From: Lingula anatina
Lineage: Eukaryota > Animalia > Brachiopoda
DNA length: 64,000 bases
Reading direction: 5' to 3'
Assembly (NCBI GenBank): GCA_051362555.1
Contig: CM120645.1
Span: 9,920,001-9,984,000 of the forward strand
Below the pieces are notes generated by a model. The model had not been told where the DNA came from, ran no database searches, and was given only the letters and a program-made list of their open reading frames with translations. This document shows, in pieces, positions 48,501 to 62,038 of this stretch (its first letter is position 1; every line of letters starts with the position of its first letter). The translations under genes and the position numbers were made by a program.

Positions 48501-51500
48501 CGTTTTTGAACATTTATTTAAACAGTATGGTTTTACTTTCATCATATTTGTAATCCTGTTTATTGTTTTATTCAGATAAATATAAACAAATTTGAAAATG
48601 GTCAGCTGTATTAACAAGTTTCAGGTTTATTAGTACCACCAGCGTGTACGCTGGCGGTACTCATGGTTTTAGTCCCGACCCGTCTCGTACAGCTCCGCCG
48701 GCTCCTGCGGCTCCGCCGGCTCCTGCGGCTCCGCAGTCGGGCGCCGGAAACAAGTCACCGTTACCGCTTCTCCTCCTAGACCGCAAAGACCTGTGTCCCC
48801 ATCTCTTGGATTTAGGTCACATATAATCTCAACTTGAACACCCTGGTTTTTTTGTCTCCATCGGTGCACTGGCCTGGGCATGACGCTTGTTGAAACGCAC
48901 CCTTGTCAAAATTTTTGAAAATTCAATGCTTAATATCTCCCAAACCAAAGGAATTATGGGAAAAATTACTAAAGAAGTGTGACCCGAAAGTCATATGTGG
49001 AGATTCCAAATATGCCCTTGGATTTGACTTTTGACCTTTTTTTCAAGGTCAAACAAGCCAAAATTTTCTAAAAATGGGAATTTTCTGTAAAAAAATATTT
49101 GTTTGTGCTAATTTTAGGAAACTACACAGCCCTAAGCTCTCCTGTTATAATGAGGGGTTACCTTTGGGGACTCCTTTCATCTTTGGGAGTTTGGGGTCAT
49201 TCGGTGCATTTTCACGGGAGAAGCAGCCATTAGATACCGAAACTGAAAACTCGCTCTAAATCTGGAACGGTAAATGCCAGAGACCTCTTTTTTATTGCAT
49301 TTTGTAGACCTTGTCAAGTGCAATACTGGCGGTGGTGTCCATTTTTTTGTTTATGATATGGTTTAGGCGTTGCCCTATATCAAAAATTACAACATCACAA
49401 TATTCAGTGGGGAAAATGTGAAATACTCCAAAATTAGCAGAGATACGCCCATAGTTACTATTGAACTTGAATAGGAAGTCATATACTGATAATCTAACTG
49501 TGACCTTGAAATTGACCTTTGACCTACTTTTCAGTACTGCACTTTGCAAGTTTTCTGATCTTTATATCTCCAAAACTGGCAAAGATACGCCTATAGTTAC
49601 TATTGAACTTGAATAGGAAGTCATATACTGGCAATCTAAATATGATCCTGAAATTGACCTTTGACCTACTTTTCACCATGAACTGAACTTTGCAAAATTT
49701 TCAACCCTTATATCTCCAAAACTGGCAGAGATACACCCATAATTACTGTTGAACTTTAATAGGAAGTCATATACTGGCAGTCTTATTGTGACCTTGGAAG
49801 TGACCTTTGACCTACTTTTCACCATGAACTGAACTTTGCAAATTTTCTATCCCTTATATCTCGAAAACTGGCAGAGATAAGTCCAAAGTTACTATTGAAC
49901 TTGAATAGGAAGTCATATACTGGCAATCTTACTATGGCCTTGAAATTGACCTTTGATCTACTATTTATGATGAACTGCACTTTGCATGTTTCCTGGCCTT
50001 CATATCTCCAAAATTGGCAAAGAAATGCCCATAGCTACTATTGAACTTTTATAGGAAGTCATATACTGTGACCTTGAAATTGACCTTTGACCTACTTTTT
50101 CACCACAAACTGAACTCTGCATATTTTCTTGCCCCTCATATCTTCAAAGCTAGCAGAGATCTGCCCACTGTTGTCCCTAGGTTTTCTCTTTTGTCAGCAA
50201 ATATGCAATACTGATAACGCATTTCAAGGAAAACCAATTGTCTATTGTCTAGAAAATCACAGGAGTGATCAGTGTTAGGAAAATACAGCTCAATTTGAAC
50301 AGTTGCTTGTTTTGAACAGTTATGTTTGTTCGATATATATATATATATTTTTTCATATTTTGAGGACACTTGTTTATTGCATTTCATAGAGCTTGTCAAG
50401 CACAAGACTGGTGGTGGTGTTCATTTTTTGGGGATGGGGTTTCCATGAGAATGCGCTTACTCCAGCTGGTGGTACAATATCCAGAGGCGGTATCGCCTCT
50501 CTGATCCTCTAGTTTAGATTATATGTTTACAGCAGATGTTTGATAAATGACATAACAAGTTAGTATGGCTGACATGCCTTCAAGCGTCATTTTCAGTTAA
50601 GCTAAAATGTGTTATTGTAATTCCTATTGATAATTTCATCATGAGTACAAAAAATGAGTTAGAGTTAATTAAGTGGCATTACACTGCATGTCTACAGAGT
50701 ATTATCTATTTTTTTTCAGCATATTTACATACACTGTAAGCTCTCAAGTGTACTGGGCCATACTAGCCACTTGAGCAATTAAAGTGAATACTGAATCACT
50801 GATATCAGTGATATGTGAATGTAATCTGATGAATTTAACCCGGTGATGATCTTGACTTCACAACCTTGATCTACTGTTCAATTCCAGGCACGGACTGCAA
50901 GTGAAGACACTATTTTAACTCTGCATCACCCAGAATTAGTTGCTAATGTTAAATCCTGCTCTGATCAGGATGTTAAGGGGTTAAGAGAGCTTTCCAGTTC
51001 GTTGTATGATGATGTTGTGTTTCATAATGTACGTTCCCACTAGAGGTCACTGTAGAACACACTTTGTTTTGGCCAATTAACCAAAAATTTGACCAATTTG
51101 TGAGAACATAACTAACTGATAAAATTTTCCTATTTTCATTGATTATTACATGTTCTCACATTAATATTAACAGACAGTCCTTGTAATGCTACCTTAGCCT
51201 TGTCACATCTGTTTTTTTTAACAGCTTGCTTTTTACCCTAGCTGTCCCTGCTGGTATTGTTTTTATCCAAGTCAGCCTAGTTTTAGCTTTTTACATTTCT
51301 TACTTGATGCCTATTTATTAAAAAAAACTGGTCTTCAACATTAACCTGTTTTAAAACAACATGTGTTCTTGTATATGTCATTGTATTGCCAAGTAAGTAT
51401 GGATGCTGCCAAATTGATCAATATTAAATGGATAGAGCAATGTCTATATGTATTTCAACTGTGCAAATTAAAAAAAAAAAAAAGATAAATTATAGTACTG

Positions 51501-54500
51501 TAGGCATCTTGCTCACTGGTGTGTTTAGATTTTATATAATTTTCTTGCATTTCGAACAGGCTATTCTAACATTTTCTCCACATGTTTACGTTCCAACATA
51601 AATATTTAATCTGATTCAGTGGTGAACTTATTCCTCAAAAGCTACTGGTACTTACATGATACACGAGAAAACAAAGTAGAACAAGAAACCAGCTGTTATT
51701 TGGTGAAAAAAGGGGACATACTGGTACATATGATAATAATCAATATAAGCCTGAATAAAAACTGGATTTTCACTTTTTACCCAACTAAATAAGTTAAACT
51801 TTGCTTTGTATGCTATCTTTGATATTTTATACATTTGAGTATGCTCTGGTGACCTGCGGGGAAAATATTTGAATAGCCTGTAAGTGAGCCTTCTCCATTT
51901 TCTTACTTGTCACCACTGTGCAGTATTTTCTGTATTTGCTTGCATATTAGTAGACTAGCATTAGTGCAGCATGAATTTAATGTTTATCTTTTTGATGAAT
52001 GTTTGTTTGTATTGTTTGTTTTTCAGACAGGTGTTTAGAATAGGAGTGTAGCAAATCTCCCCTAGTGGTTGCATGATTTTGTAGCATTTAATTTGCAGTT
52101 TAATCATCAATTTCTATTTATTTAGGATCCTTTAGGTGAAAGAAATGCAGTGCTGATATCATATTATGTCCAAAACATGATTGAGAATATATTATTTTGG
52201 CCAAAATGCCACATTTGTTTGTCTTTATGTTGGGATTTCAAAAATGTAAGGATATATACTCGATGTATCTTTGTCTGAGCTGGGGGTCATGGCAAATTTC
52301 CAAGGTGAAGGTCATTTGAGGTCAAAATGACGTATGAAAAAATCCATTTATATACATGTCCAATTTCACAGTTTTACATTCCTGAAGATTAATTGTGCCA
52401 TTAAGACAAGAAAAATGATGAATATGAAGTGCTGCTAGGACAACAAAACGTTGAACCTTAGTATTGCCATGAAATCAACAAAACTGATGAGCCTCACTGT
52501 TACCATGACAATATGTAAAATTCCCCATCTCTCTGAATTTAATTAACATCATTGGGTGGGGGAATTAGTCGTTTCAAATACTACCGATTGTTCCAAAATG
52601 AGCTCAAATTTTTGTCTTACATTTTCTGAGCACAATTGGTAACTTAGCAAATATGAAAAGGGAATTCTGCCATTCAGTGAAAGGTTACTTTATAGTGTTC
52701 TGAGTTGCCTATCATTACCAAGGCTTTAATGTATCTGACTTGGAAGTTATGGAGTTTTCTTTTGTTTTCTGATTTCCACCCAGAGGAAGACAGCAAATCA
52801 GATTGAGGCAGTTTAATTTAAGAAACTCAGTGCTCAATCATTGGTGATTTTCAAAGAATTTATACTCAGGTTGACTTGACATATTTAAATTAGGAATTTT
52901 AAAACATAAAAACAATTATGAGGTGCACACACATTTTTTTCTGTTTTAATTTAAGTGATTTGGGTAATTTCAGCAATTAATATTATATTCATATTTACAT
53001 TAATTTATATTCTTTATTTAATATCAGACAAGTCTTGCTTTTAAATTACTATGAACTTTTGATTTTTATGAATATTTCATTTTGTAGCCCAAAAAGTCTG
53101 TTGATGAAGCTGCTCTAAGTCAGCATAGTCCAGAATACCTGAAGCTTTTGAAGGATTCTCAGTTCCTTAGTGAGATCCAGCCTCTTCAAGACCTCTCAGA
53201 AAAATATCATGGCATTTATTTTAACAGTGTATGTACACAACAAAATATATTTTCCTGGAAAAAGTTTTTTTTTTTTCTGGCAAAGTGTGTGCTCTCTCTC
53301 TCTCTAAGTATACAGTGCTGAGTGTGATATCTGTAAAAACCGAACTTATTTTAACTTTTTATTTATCTTAAGAAACAAAGACTGCTAGCTTTTGTTCAGT
53401 TTCTGAATATAACAGAAGTTTATTTTTCAATACTGTTAGCTTATCCTATTTAGTTTTGCTTTGTGTTTTGCCTCCTTGTTTAAGGTGTCAATGTATTTTA
53501 TATCTTTTTGTCCATTTGCTTCCTTTTTTTGTTGCTAATAGTTGTAGCTATGAATATATGTGTGCACATTTTTGTATCTTGGTCACCAAGCTGTTATTAT
53601 GGCATAAGTTAAAGAAATCCTTGATGGCATTATTTGTTGAAAATGACGGGAAGTCCTGTGGATTTGTAATGTTTCTGGCAGCAGTATTAAACCCCAGCAC
53701 CAATGTCCACATTAGCACTCGCACAAACAACATCTCAGTTCCACTAGCTTCTAAACTAAGATATTTTACCATTAAACTTCACTGGATGATTTTTCCTCAC
53801 CAGAAAACCATTCCTCCACTTATTCTGACAATCTGTGATCATTTGTAGCCTAAAATGACTTCAGAGAAAGGGCACTCCCCAGAACCCCTCTTACCAAGGG
53901 GGGTCCAGACACTCCAAGACCTCTCGGGGAAATATGACTCCATTTACTTCAACAGCGTAGGTGCACGACAACGGTATCTTGAATTATTTAAAAAAAGAAA
54001 AACTTTTGAATGGAAAACAAGATATCTGAGAATTAAAAAGAATAATGGCCAAATCAGCACTGTAAATTACAAGAAAGTGCTGTTATAGCTTTTCATTGTG
54101 CAAGCAAGCACCTGCATGGCTTCCACGTAGTTAGTGCTTTAATGTGACTAACTTAAACAAAGTTAAATTATAATAACCAATTACTTAGGATTAATTTGTG
54201 CTGTTCCGTTTTTAACAAAATTGAGTTAGATAAAAATGAATTTATGTACTTTTAATTTTGTTTTTTCCCTTGCTTTTTATCATACCTTGCAGCTTTTGCT
54301 TGCATAATTGTACCACCAGCGTTAGCGCTGGCGGTACACATGGTTTCGGTCTCGTCCGGATCGTTCCGCCGGCTCCGCCGGCTCCGCCGGTTCCGCCGGC
54401 TCCGCCGGCTCCGCCGGACGGCTACCGTTACCGCTTCTCCTCCTAGACGGTAAGGCCCCCCATACCCATCTCATGGATTTAGGTCACCTATAATCTCAAC

Positions 54501-57500
54501 TCGTTCCACGTAAAATTTGGGCTTTGTCGGTATTGGGGTCTGGGTGTGGCACTCATTGCAATGCACCCTTGTCCAAAAATGGCAAAATTAAATGCTAATT
54601 ATCTACCCTACGGAAGGAGTTACGGGAAAATTTTCTACAGACGGCTTTCCAAAAGTCATATGTGTAGATTTCAAATATACCCTCGGATTTGACCTTTGAC
54701 CTTTACTTCAAGGTCAAATGGGCCAAAATTTTCAAAAAAATGAAATTTTTTACGAAAAAAAAATTTTTTGCCCTGTTATTCAGACACCACACAGACTTAA
54801 CCAATAATATTATTGGAAAGTGTTACCCTTCAGGTCATCTTTCATCTCCGTGAATTTGGGGTCAATCGGTGCATTTTCACAGGAGTAGCGGCCATAAGAT
54901 ACCGAAACTGAAAACTGTCTCTAATTCGGGAACCGTTAATGCTAGAGACCCATTCTTTTTTGCATTTTGTAGAGCATGTAAAGCCCAACACTGGAGGTGG
55001 TCTCGGTTTTTTTGTATTCCATACGGTTTTCGAGTTACGCTGTATCAAAAAGTACATATTGGTGGTGAAAGGAAAATGTACGGAAGCCCACTGGTGCCAT
55101 ATGTAGAAAAAAAAATTATCTCGAAATTTCGAGATACTATTTTGAAATTTGAACAAAAAAAATTTACCACCAGCGTTAGCGCTGGCGGTACACATGGTTT
55201 CGGTCCCGTCCGGTCCGTTCCGCCGGCTCCGCCGCCATGTTACCGTTACCGCTTCTCCTCCTAGACGGTAAGGGCCCCCGTACCCATCTCATGGATTTAG
55301 GTCACCTATAATCTCAACTCGTTCCACGTAAAATTTGGGCTTTGTCGGTATTGGGGTCTGGGTGTGGCACTCATTGCAATGCACCCTTGTCTAAAAATGG
55401 CAAAATTAAATGCTAATTATCTACCCTACAGAAGGAGTTACGGGAAAAATTTCTATAGACGGCTTTCCAAAAGTCATATGTGTAGATTTCAAATATACCC
55501 TCGGATTTGACCTTTGACCTTTACTTCAAGGTCAAATGGGTCAAAATTTTCAAAAAAATGAAATTTTTTACGAAAAAAAATTTTTTTGCCCTGTTATTCA
55601 GACGCCACACAGACTTAACCAATAATATTATTGGAAAGTGTTACCCTTCAGGTCATCTTTCATCTCCGTGAATTTGGGGTCAATCGGTGCATTTTCACAG
55701 GAGTAGCGGCCATAAGATACCGAAACTGAAAACTGTCTCTAATTCGGGAACCGTTAATGCTAGAGACCCATTCTTTTTTGCATTTTGTAGAGCATGTAAA
55801 GCCCAACACTGGAGGTGGTCTCGGTTTTTTTTGTATTCCATACGGTTTTCGAGTTACGCTGTATCAGAAAGTACATATTGGTGGTGAAAGGAAAATGTAC
55901 GGAAGCCGACTGGTGCCATATGTAGAAAAAAAAATTATCTCGAAATTTCGAGATACTATTTTGAAATTTGAACAAAAAAAATTTTTATCTCGAAATTTCG
56001 AGATAGCATTTTGAAATTTGAACAAAAAAAAAATTATCTCGAAATTTCGAGATAGCATTTTGATATTTGAGCAAAAAAATTTATCTCGAAATTTCGAGAT
56101 AGTATTTTGAAATTTGAACAAAAAAAATGCTATCTCGAAATTTCGAGATAATTTTTTTTTTCAACATATGGCACCAGTCGGCTTCTGTAAAAATGTGCAG
56201 TACGGTAATGGATAATAAATTTTGAACTCCGGAAAAATAAAACATAATGCTTGGCAAAGCAGACAACTTGTGGTCAAAAATGACATTATTTTATCAAATT
56301 TAAACTTCTGCAACTTCAGAGAACCTCCCATTTCAAGAACTTTGACCAAAATGACCTTTTCTTTATTTTAATTAATTTTTTCTGTAGGCAATTTATGGCA
56401 CATTATGGTAACTCCAAAATTATAACATTTAGTCCCTTATATCTCCAAAACTGGCAGAGATAGGTCCATAGTTACTATTGAAGTTGAATAGGAAGTCATA
56501 TACTGGCAATCTTACTGTGACCTTGACATTGACCTTTGACCTACTTTTCACCATGAACTGAACTTTGCAAATTTTGCTTCCCTTTTATCTCCAAAACTGG
56601 CAGAGATAGGTCCATAGTTACTATTGAACTTGAATAGGAAGTCATATACTGGCAATTTTACTGTGACCTTGAAATTGACCTTTGACCTACTTTTCACCTT
56701 GAACTGAACTTTGCAAAATTTGCTTCCCTTTTATCTCCAAAACTGGCAGAGATAGGTCCATAGTTACTATTGAACTTGCATAGGAAGTCATATACTGGCA
56801 ATTTTACTGTGACCTTGAAATTGACCTTTGACCTTCTTTTCACCATGAACTGAACTTTGCAAATTTTGCTTCCCTTTTATCTCCAAAACTGGCAGAGATA
56901 GGTCCATAGTTACTATTGAAGTTGAATAGGAAGTCATATACTGGCAATCTAAATGTGACCTTGAAATTGACCTTTGACCTACTTTTCACCATGAACTGAA
57001 CTTTGCAAATTTTGCTTCCCTTTTATCTCCAAAACTGGCAGAGATAGGTCCATAGTTACTATTGAAGTTGAATAGGAAGTCATATACTGGCAATCTTACT
57101 GTGACCTTGAAATTGACCTTTGACCTACTTATCACCATGAACTGAACTTTGCAAATTTTGCTTCCCTTTTATCTCCAAAACTGGCAGAGATAGGTCCATA
57201 GTTACTATTGAACTTGAATAGGAAGTCATATAATGGCAATTTTACTGTGACCTTGAAATTGACCTTTGACCTACTTTTCACCTTGAACTGAACTTTGCAA
57301 AATTTGCTTCCCTTTTATCTCCAAAACTGGCAGAGATAGGTCCATAGTTACTATTGAACTTGCATAGGAAGTCATATACTGGCAATTTTACTGTGACCTT
57401 GAAATTGACCTTTGACCTTCTTTTCACCATGAACTGAACTTTGCAAATTTTGCTTCCCTTTTATCTCCAAAACTGGCAGAGATAGGTCCATAGTTACTAT

Positions 57501-59581
57501 TGAAGTTGAATAGGAAGTCATATACTGGCAATCTAAATGTGACCTTGAAATTGACCTTTGACCTACTTTTCACCATGAACTGAACTTTGCAAATTTTGCT
57601 TCCCTTTTATCTCCAAAACTGGCAGAGATAGGTCCATAGTTACTATTGAAGTTGAATAGGAAGTCATATACTGGCAATCTTACTGTGACCTTGAAATTGA
57701 CCTTTGACCTACTTTTCACCATGAACTGAACTTTGCAAATTTTGCTTCCCTTTTATCTCCAAAACTGGCAGAGATAGGTCCATAGTTACTATTGAAGTTG
57801 GATAGGAAGTCATATACTGGCAATTTACTGTGACCTTGAAATTGACCTTTGACCTACCTTACAATGAACTTAACTTTGATTGCACCATTTTTAGTTATAT
57901 ATATTTTTTGCATATTTTGAAAATTCTTGTTGATTGCATTTTTACAGCTTGTCAAGCACAAGACTGGTGGCTGCACCCCTTATTTTGTGTATGTGGGGGT
58001 CTATACGAATGCGCTTGCTCCAGCTGGTGGTACAATATTCGGAGGCGGTATCGCCTCTCTGATCCTCTAGTTATTTAGATTTTTATTGTAAATTTGTTTC
58101 AAAAATGTTTTGATTTGATTTTAACTTTATTTAATAAAGGTATAATAATGGACAAATTCATTATAAATTGTTTTGGGTCTGTACTTGTTAGTAATTTTTA
58201 ACTGAATTATTAAATTAATGATTATAATAATGGTTAAATAGTATAGTCTTTTATCATTTGAGAATATATTTGATAGAAATAAAAAAAGAGAATGATTAGT
58301 TCTTATTGCCAATTTTCAGAAAACATTTGAATGTGCACAGCTTTCTCTAGGCAGTACCATAGAAATGACAGAACAGATCTTGCAAGAAAAGGTCAGTTTA
58401 CACATATTGTTATAGACATGTTAACTTTGGCTCTATTCCCATAGGTTTTAGATCGATCTATCCCCGCGGGGAGTCTCACTAGATTACTTTCAGATAATCC
58501 GACTTAAATGTCCGTCCCGCCTACTACAAGCTGTAAGGAGGTAATTAACTTTCGTGTCCGCCCGGCTGACAGCTATTTAGCGTGAACCCCCAGGGAGTTA
58601 GGTCGATCTAAAGTAGGTCGATCTAATCTATGGAAATGGGGTGTTTGATTCATCGTGTAGAGGTCCGAATATTATTTTAAAGACATGTATAGATTATGTG
58701 GAAAAATTAATGACATTGCATATATATTTATAGATGGTATTGTTTGTGTATGTCTGTTTATGAAGTTTATTTATTTCAGGTTAGAAATGGGTTTGCCATT
58801 GTAAGGTAAGCATTAAAGGAGGAATAATAAAGTTATAAAGATTATCTTGTACCAGTAATTAAAATGTTAAGTTTTTAAACATACCCATTTTTTTAAAATA
58901 TCATTAGAATGTACTTCTCACTGCAGATATTTCAATATTAAAAAAAAAAACTCTTTAAGTAGTCCATAGCCATTTAACATGTTTAAAAGGTTGAGACTTT
59001 CAGAGCTGGGCTTCTGTATCTCTTTAATATTACTAAAAAATAATTTTTAAACTTGCTATTTAATTCCTTTCCAGACCCCCAGGTCACCATGCAATGTACA
59101 AAGAGGCCTGTGGATACTGCTTCTTTAACAATGTGGCCATTGCTGCAAAACGCGCTCTGGACAAGTTTGGTCTGGAAAGGTACTCACTATGGGCTTATTC
59201 TCAATGAAGTTTTTGTTTGATTTAGATTGATGCAACTCTGCAGGGACTCTTGCTGAATGCAATCAGATTGACAGATTAACACCCCTCCTCCTGGCATTGA
59301 GTAGAATTCAGAAAAGCTGGTGATTATACAAGTACGTTGGAAACAAGTGGAGGCGTTTCAATTTGTTTGTTTGCATTAAACAAGAGTCCCCATGATTGAT
59401 CTACTTGGTACGGTTCTTTCAGTGGAAATGGGCCTTAAGCTCTTTGTCATGTTTGTTTTATATAGTGCTATAATGTCAAGTATTCAAGGAATGGGTGAGC
59501 TGGTTTGAGGGAAAGTATATAGAAATCAGGTATGTGTTTGGTGTGGTATGGTCTAATAATTACTGAGATATATTTCAATGT

Positions 59582-59615
<34 letters not shown>

Positions 59616-61996
59616 GTCCATGCCAATATACTTATTGCTTTACAGAACATAATGCCAAAAATTGTCAATATTTAAAACCACTGATTTCTAACTGACTGTA
59701 TATTTGATATGTCAGGGTGTTGATAGTGGACTGGGATGTCCACCATGGTCAAGGCACACAGTACATGTTCTATGATGACCCAAGGTAAGAGAAATAGATG
59801 GAATTAACTTGCTGAATTAAAAGTAATAATAAACTGATGGTATTTATAACTTGATGTAATGCTTTGTAAAAGATATATGAAAGGGATGCTTTCAATTGTT
59901 TTGAAAAGCAAGTTTTGTTCGTAGGAGAAAGTCTGATTTTGTAAGAAACTTGGAAAAATTAGTGACCTGTGAGGGATGAAGATGAAACAGGAAATGGTAG
60001 TTTTTATATATGTCAGACTGAGAGCCTAAATACTGTCATATTGCACATGAAATATAAAATGTTAATAAGCTATTCATAAATAATAATCCTGGTGCAAGTA
60101 TTTCAGCTTGTGTTTAATTATTATCATATATGATACAACTACCAAGCTAATGAACATGTTTGCTTAATAATCCTGGTGATTTTGTGTCTTTCAGAGTGAT
60201 GTATGTGTCTATCCACCGCTATGAGTATGGCAATTTCTGGCCAAACCTTCGAGAGTCCGACTATGACTATATAGGAGAGGGTCGAGGTACAGGCTACAAC
60301 ATCAATATACCTCTCAATAAGGTAATTATCACATTCATCAAATGATATTATTGGCATAAAATTGGAGAAAGGGATTTGATTTTATTCAAAATAGACACAG
60401 CTGTCCTGATGCTGTGCATGATCAGTTGATATGATATCTTGGTGACAGAAATAAAGTTGGAATGAAAAAGTGTATATAAGTGAGTTGAAATAATTATAGT
60501 GACTGAAGCAGGGATGAGATTTTTCTGACTATTGGCAGATTTCAGACCTTTTAGGTGGTGTTGATGCTTACAACAGTAATGAGATTTTTCTGGCATATCT
60601 GCAAATTTCTGACTTATCGGGAGCCAGAAAGTCTCATCCCTGATATATAAGTAAAACCCTATGTATATAGATATTTTCTGCTCTTGATATTGTATAAACT
60701 TGACTATATGTCTGTTGGAATGTGCAATTGTTTTGCAAGGTGGCTACAAAGAACGTGCAGTTAGAAAAGGACATAACTGCTAATTTTAATATAGCAAATT
60801 AATAAATTTAAAAACAAGACAAGAATACTACTGTTTATTCAGTCCAGTGAATTACTTAATGAAAACACAAGTAACTAGACAAGAACTGTGTTACACGTCA
60901 ACTCATAATTTAATCCACCGAATTAATACATTTAAACGCAGGGAAGACGAGTTTAACTGTTTATTCATTTCAGTGAATTTATAAATGAAAACTTTGGTTT
61001 CAGACTGGTATGACTAACAGTGACTACATGGCTGTGTTTCATCAACTACTCATGCCTATATTCTATGAGGTAATGGAAATCTTGTTTCAATTAAAATTTA
61101 CCTTTTTCTGTAATAATTAGGTTACTGCAGTGTTAGTAAGATATTATGTTTTGCAATTAGTAATGATATTGAATAATTGCATTAAGTAAGATATTTGTTC
61201 ATACAGTTAGCAAATGATAAGTAGAGAACAACAATTGCTTATGGCTAAGAGCAATATTTATTATTTTAAAAGTGTAATACAGCTGTATAAACTATTTTAA
61301 GTTGAAAATTGTTGTTTTAGTTGTGAAATTGCACTAGGTGTGACAAGATTGAGATTGTATTAGGTGTGACAGTGTGATATTGTGGTCATTGTGGTAGGTG
61401 TGACAGTATGATGTGGATGGCATTGTGTTTGTTGTGACATTGTCATATGGTTGACATTGTATAAGGTGTTACAGTATGGCAGGTTTGATTGTTACAAGTT
61501 TAATATTGTGTTAGGTGTGAATGATAAAGTTGACATTATATTAAAATGTATAACAGTATGATATTGTTAACATTGTGTTAGGTGTGCCAGTGATATGGTT
61601 AACATTGCGTTAGGTGTGACAGTGTGTTGGCTGTGACAGTGTGTCACATGTGACAGCTGAGTGTGTTGAATGCTCCATTAACAATGATATTGGACATCCC
61701 TTTACACTTCTCCCCCATACATTACAGTACAACCCTCAGCTGGTATTGGTCTCCTCTGGTTATGATGCAGCTATAGGATGCCCAGAGGTACAGATGTGCA
61801 TGCTATATACTGAGTTTCCCCTGTGTTAGAAATAGCAACACCTGTTCAAGAAACTCATTGTTTACACTGCTTAGGTTATTGTACACAGACCAATAAGGGT
61901 GTGGTCCACTTTATTTGTGCATGTTCAGACATCACTTTTTTTTTTCAATCCAAAAAGAGACTGGTTTTACTATTTCAAACTTCTCGGTCAAGCCAA

Positions 61997-62038
<42 letters not shown>

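Larger units (their letters stand above)
54308..58072 (+). mobile_element. Second HINE-like element of the same family; 5' ~855 bp duplicated head-to-tail (54308-55164, 55165-)
   Basis: Same termini and architecture as 48629-50514. Confidence 0.82.

Noticed and set aside
51034-51865. Partial complementarity between 51034-51059 and 51842-51865
   Set aside because: Longest continuous helix is only about 7-8 bp and it encloses no exon; within chance expectation
52126-52245. Acceptor followed by DPLGERNAV..., resembling the HDAC6 CD2 GDPLG motif; possible fourth alternative exon
   Set aside because: No similarity to exons A-C or to HDAC sequence beyond four residues
52784-52870. cag|[10 protein letters not shown] as a possible decayed paralogous exon
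   Set aside because: Early stop and no HxPE or YxxxYF motif; similarity too weak
54258-56349. Pro/Ala-rich and repeated ORFs ([12 protein letters not shown] repeats)
   Set aside because: Translations of HINE microsatellite and nested MITE repeats; no transposase or Rep/helicase motifs
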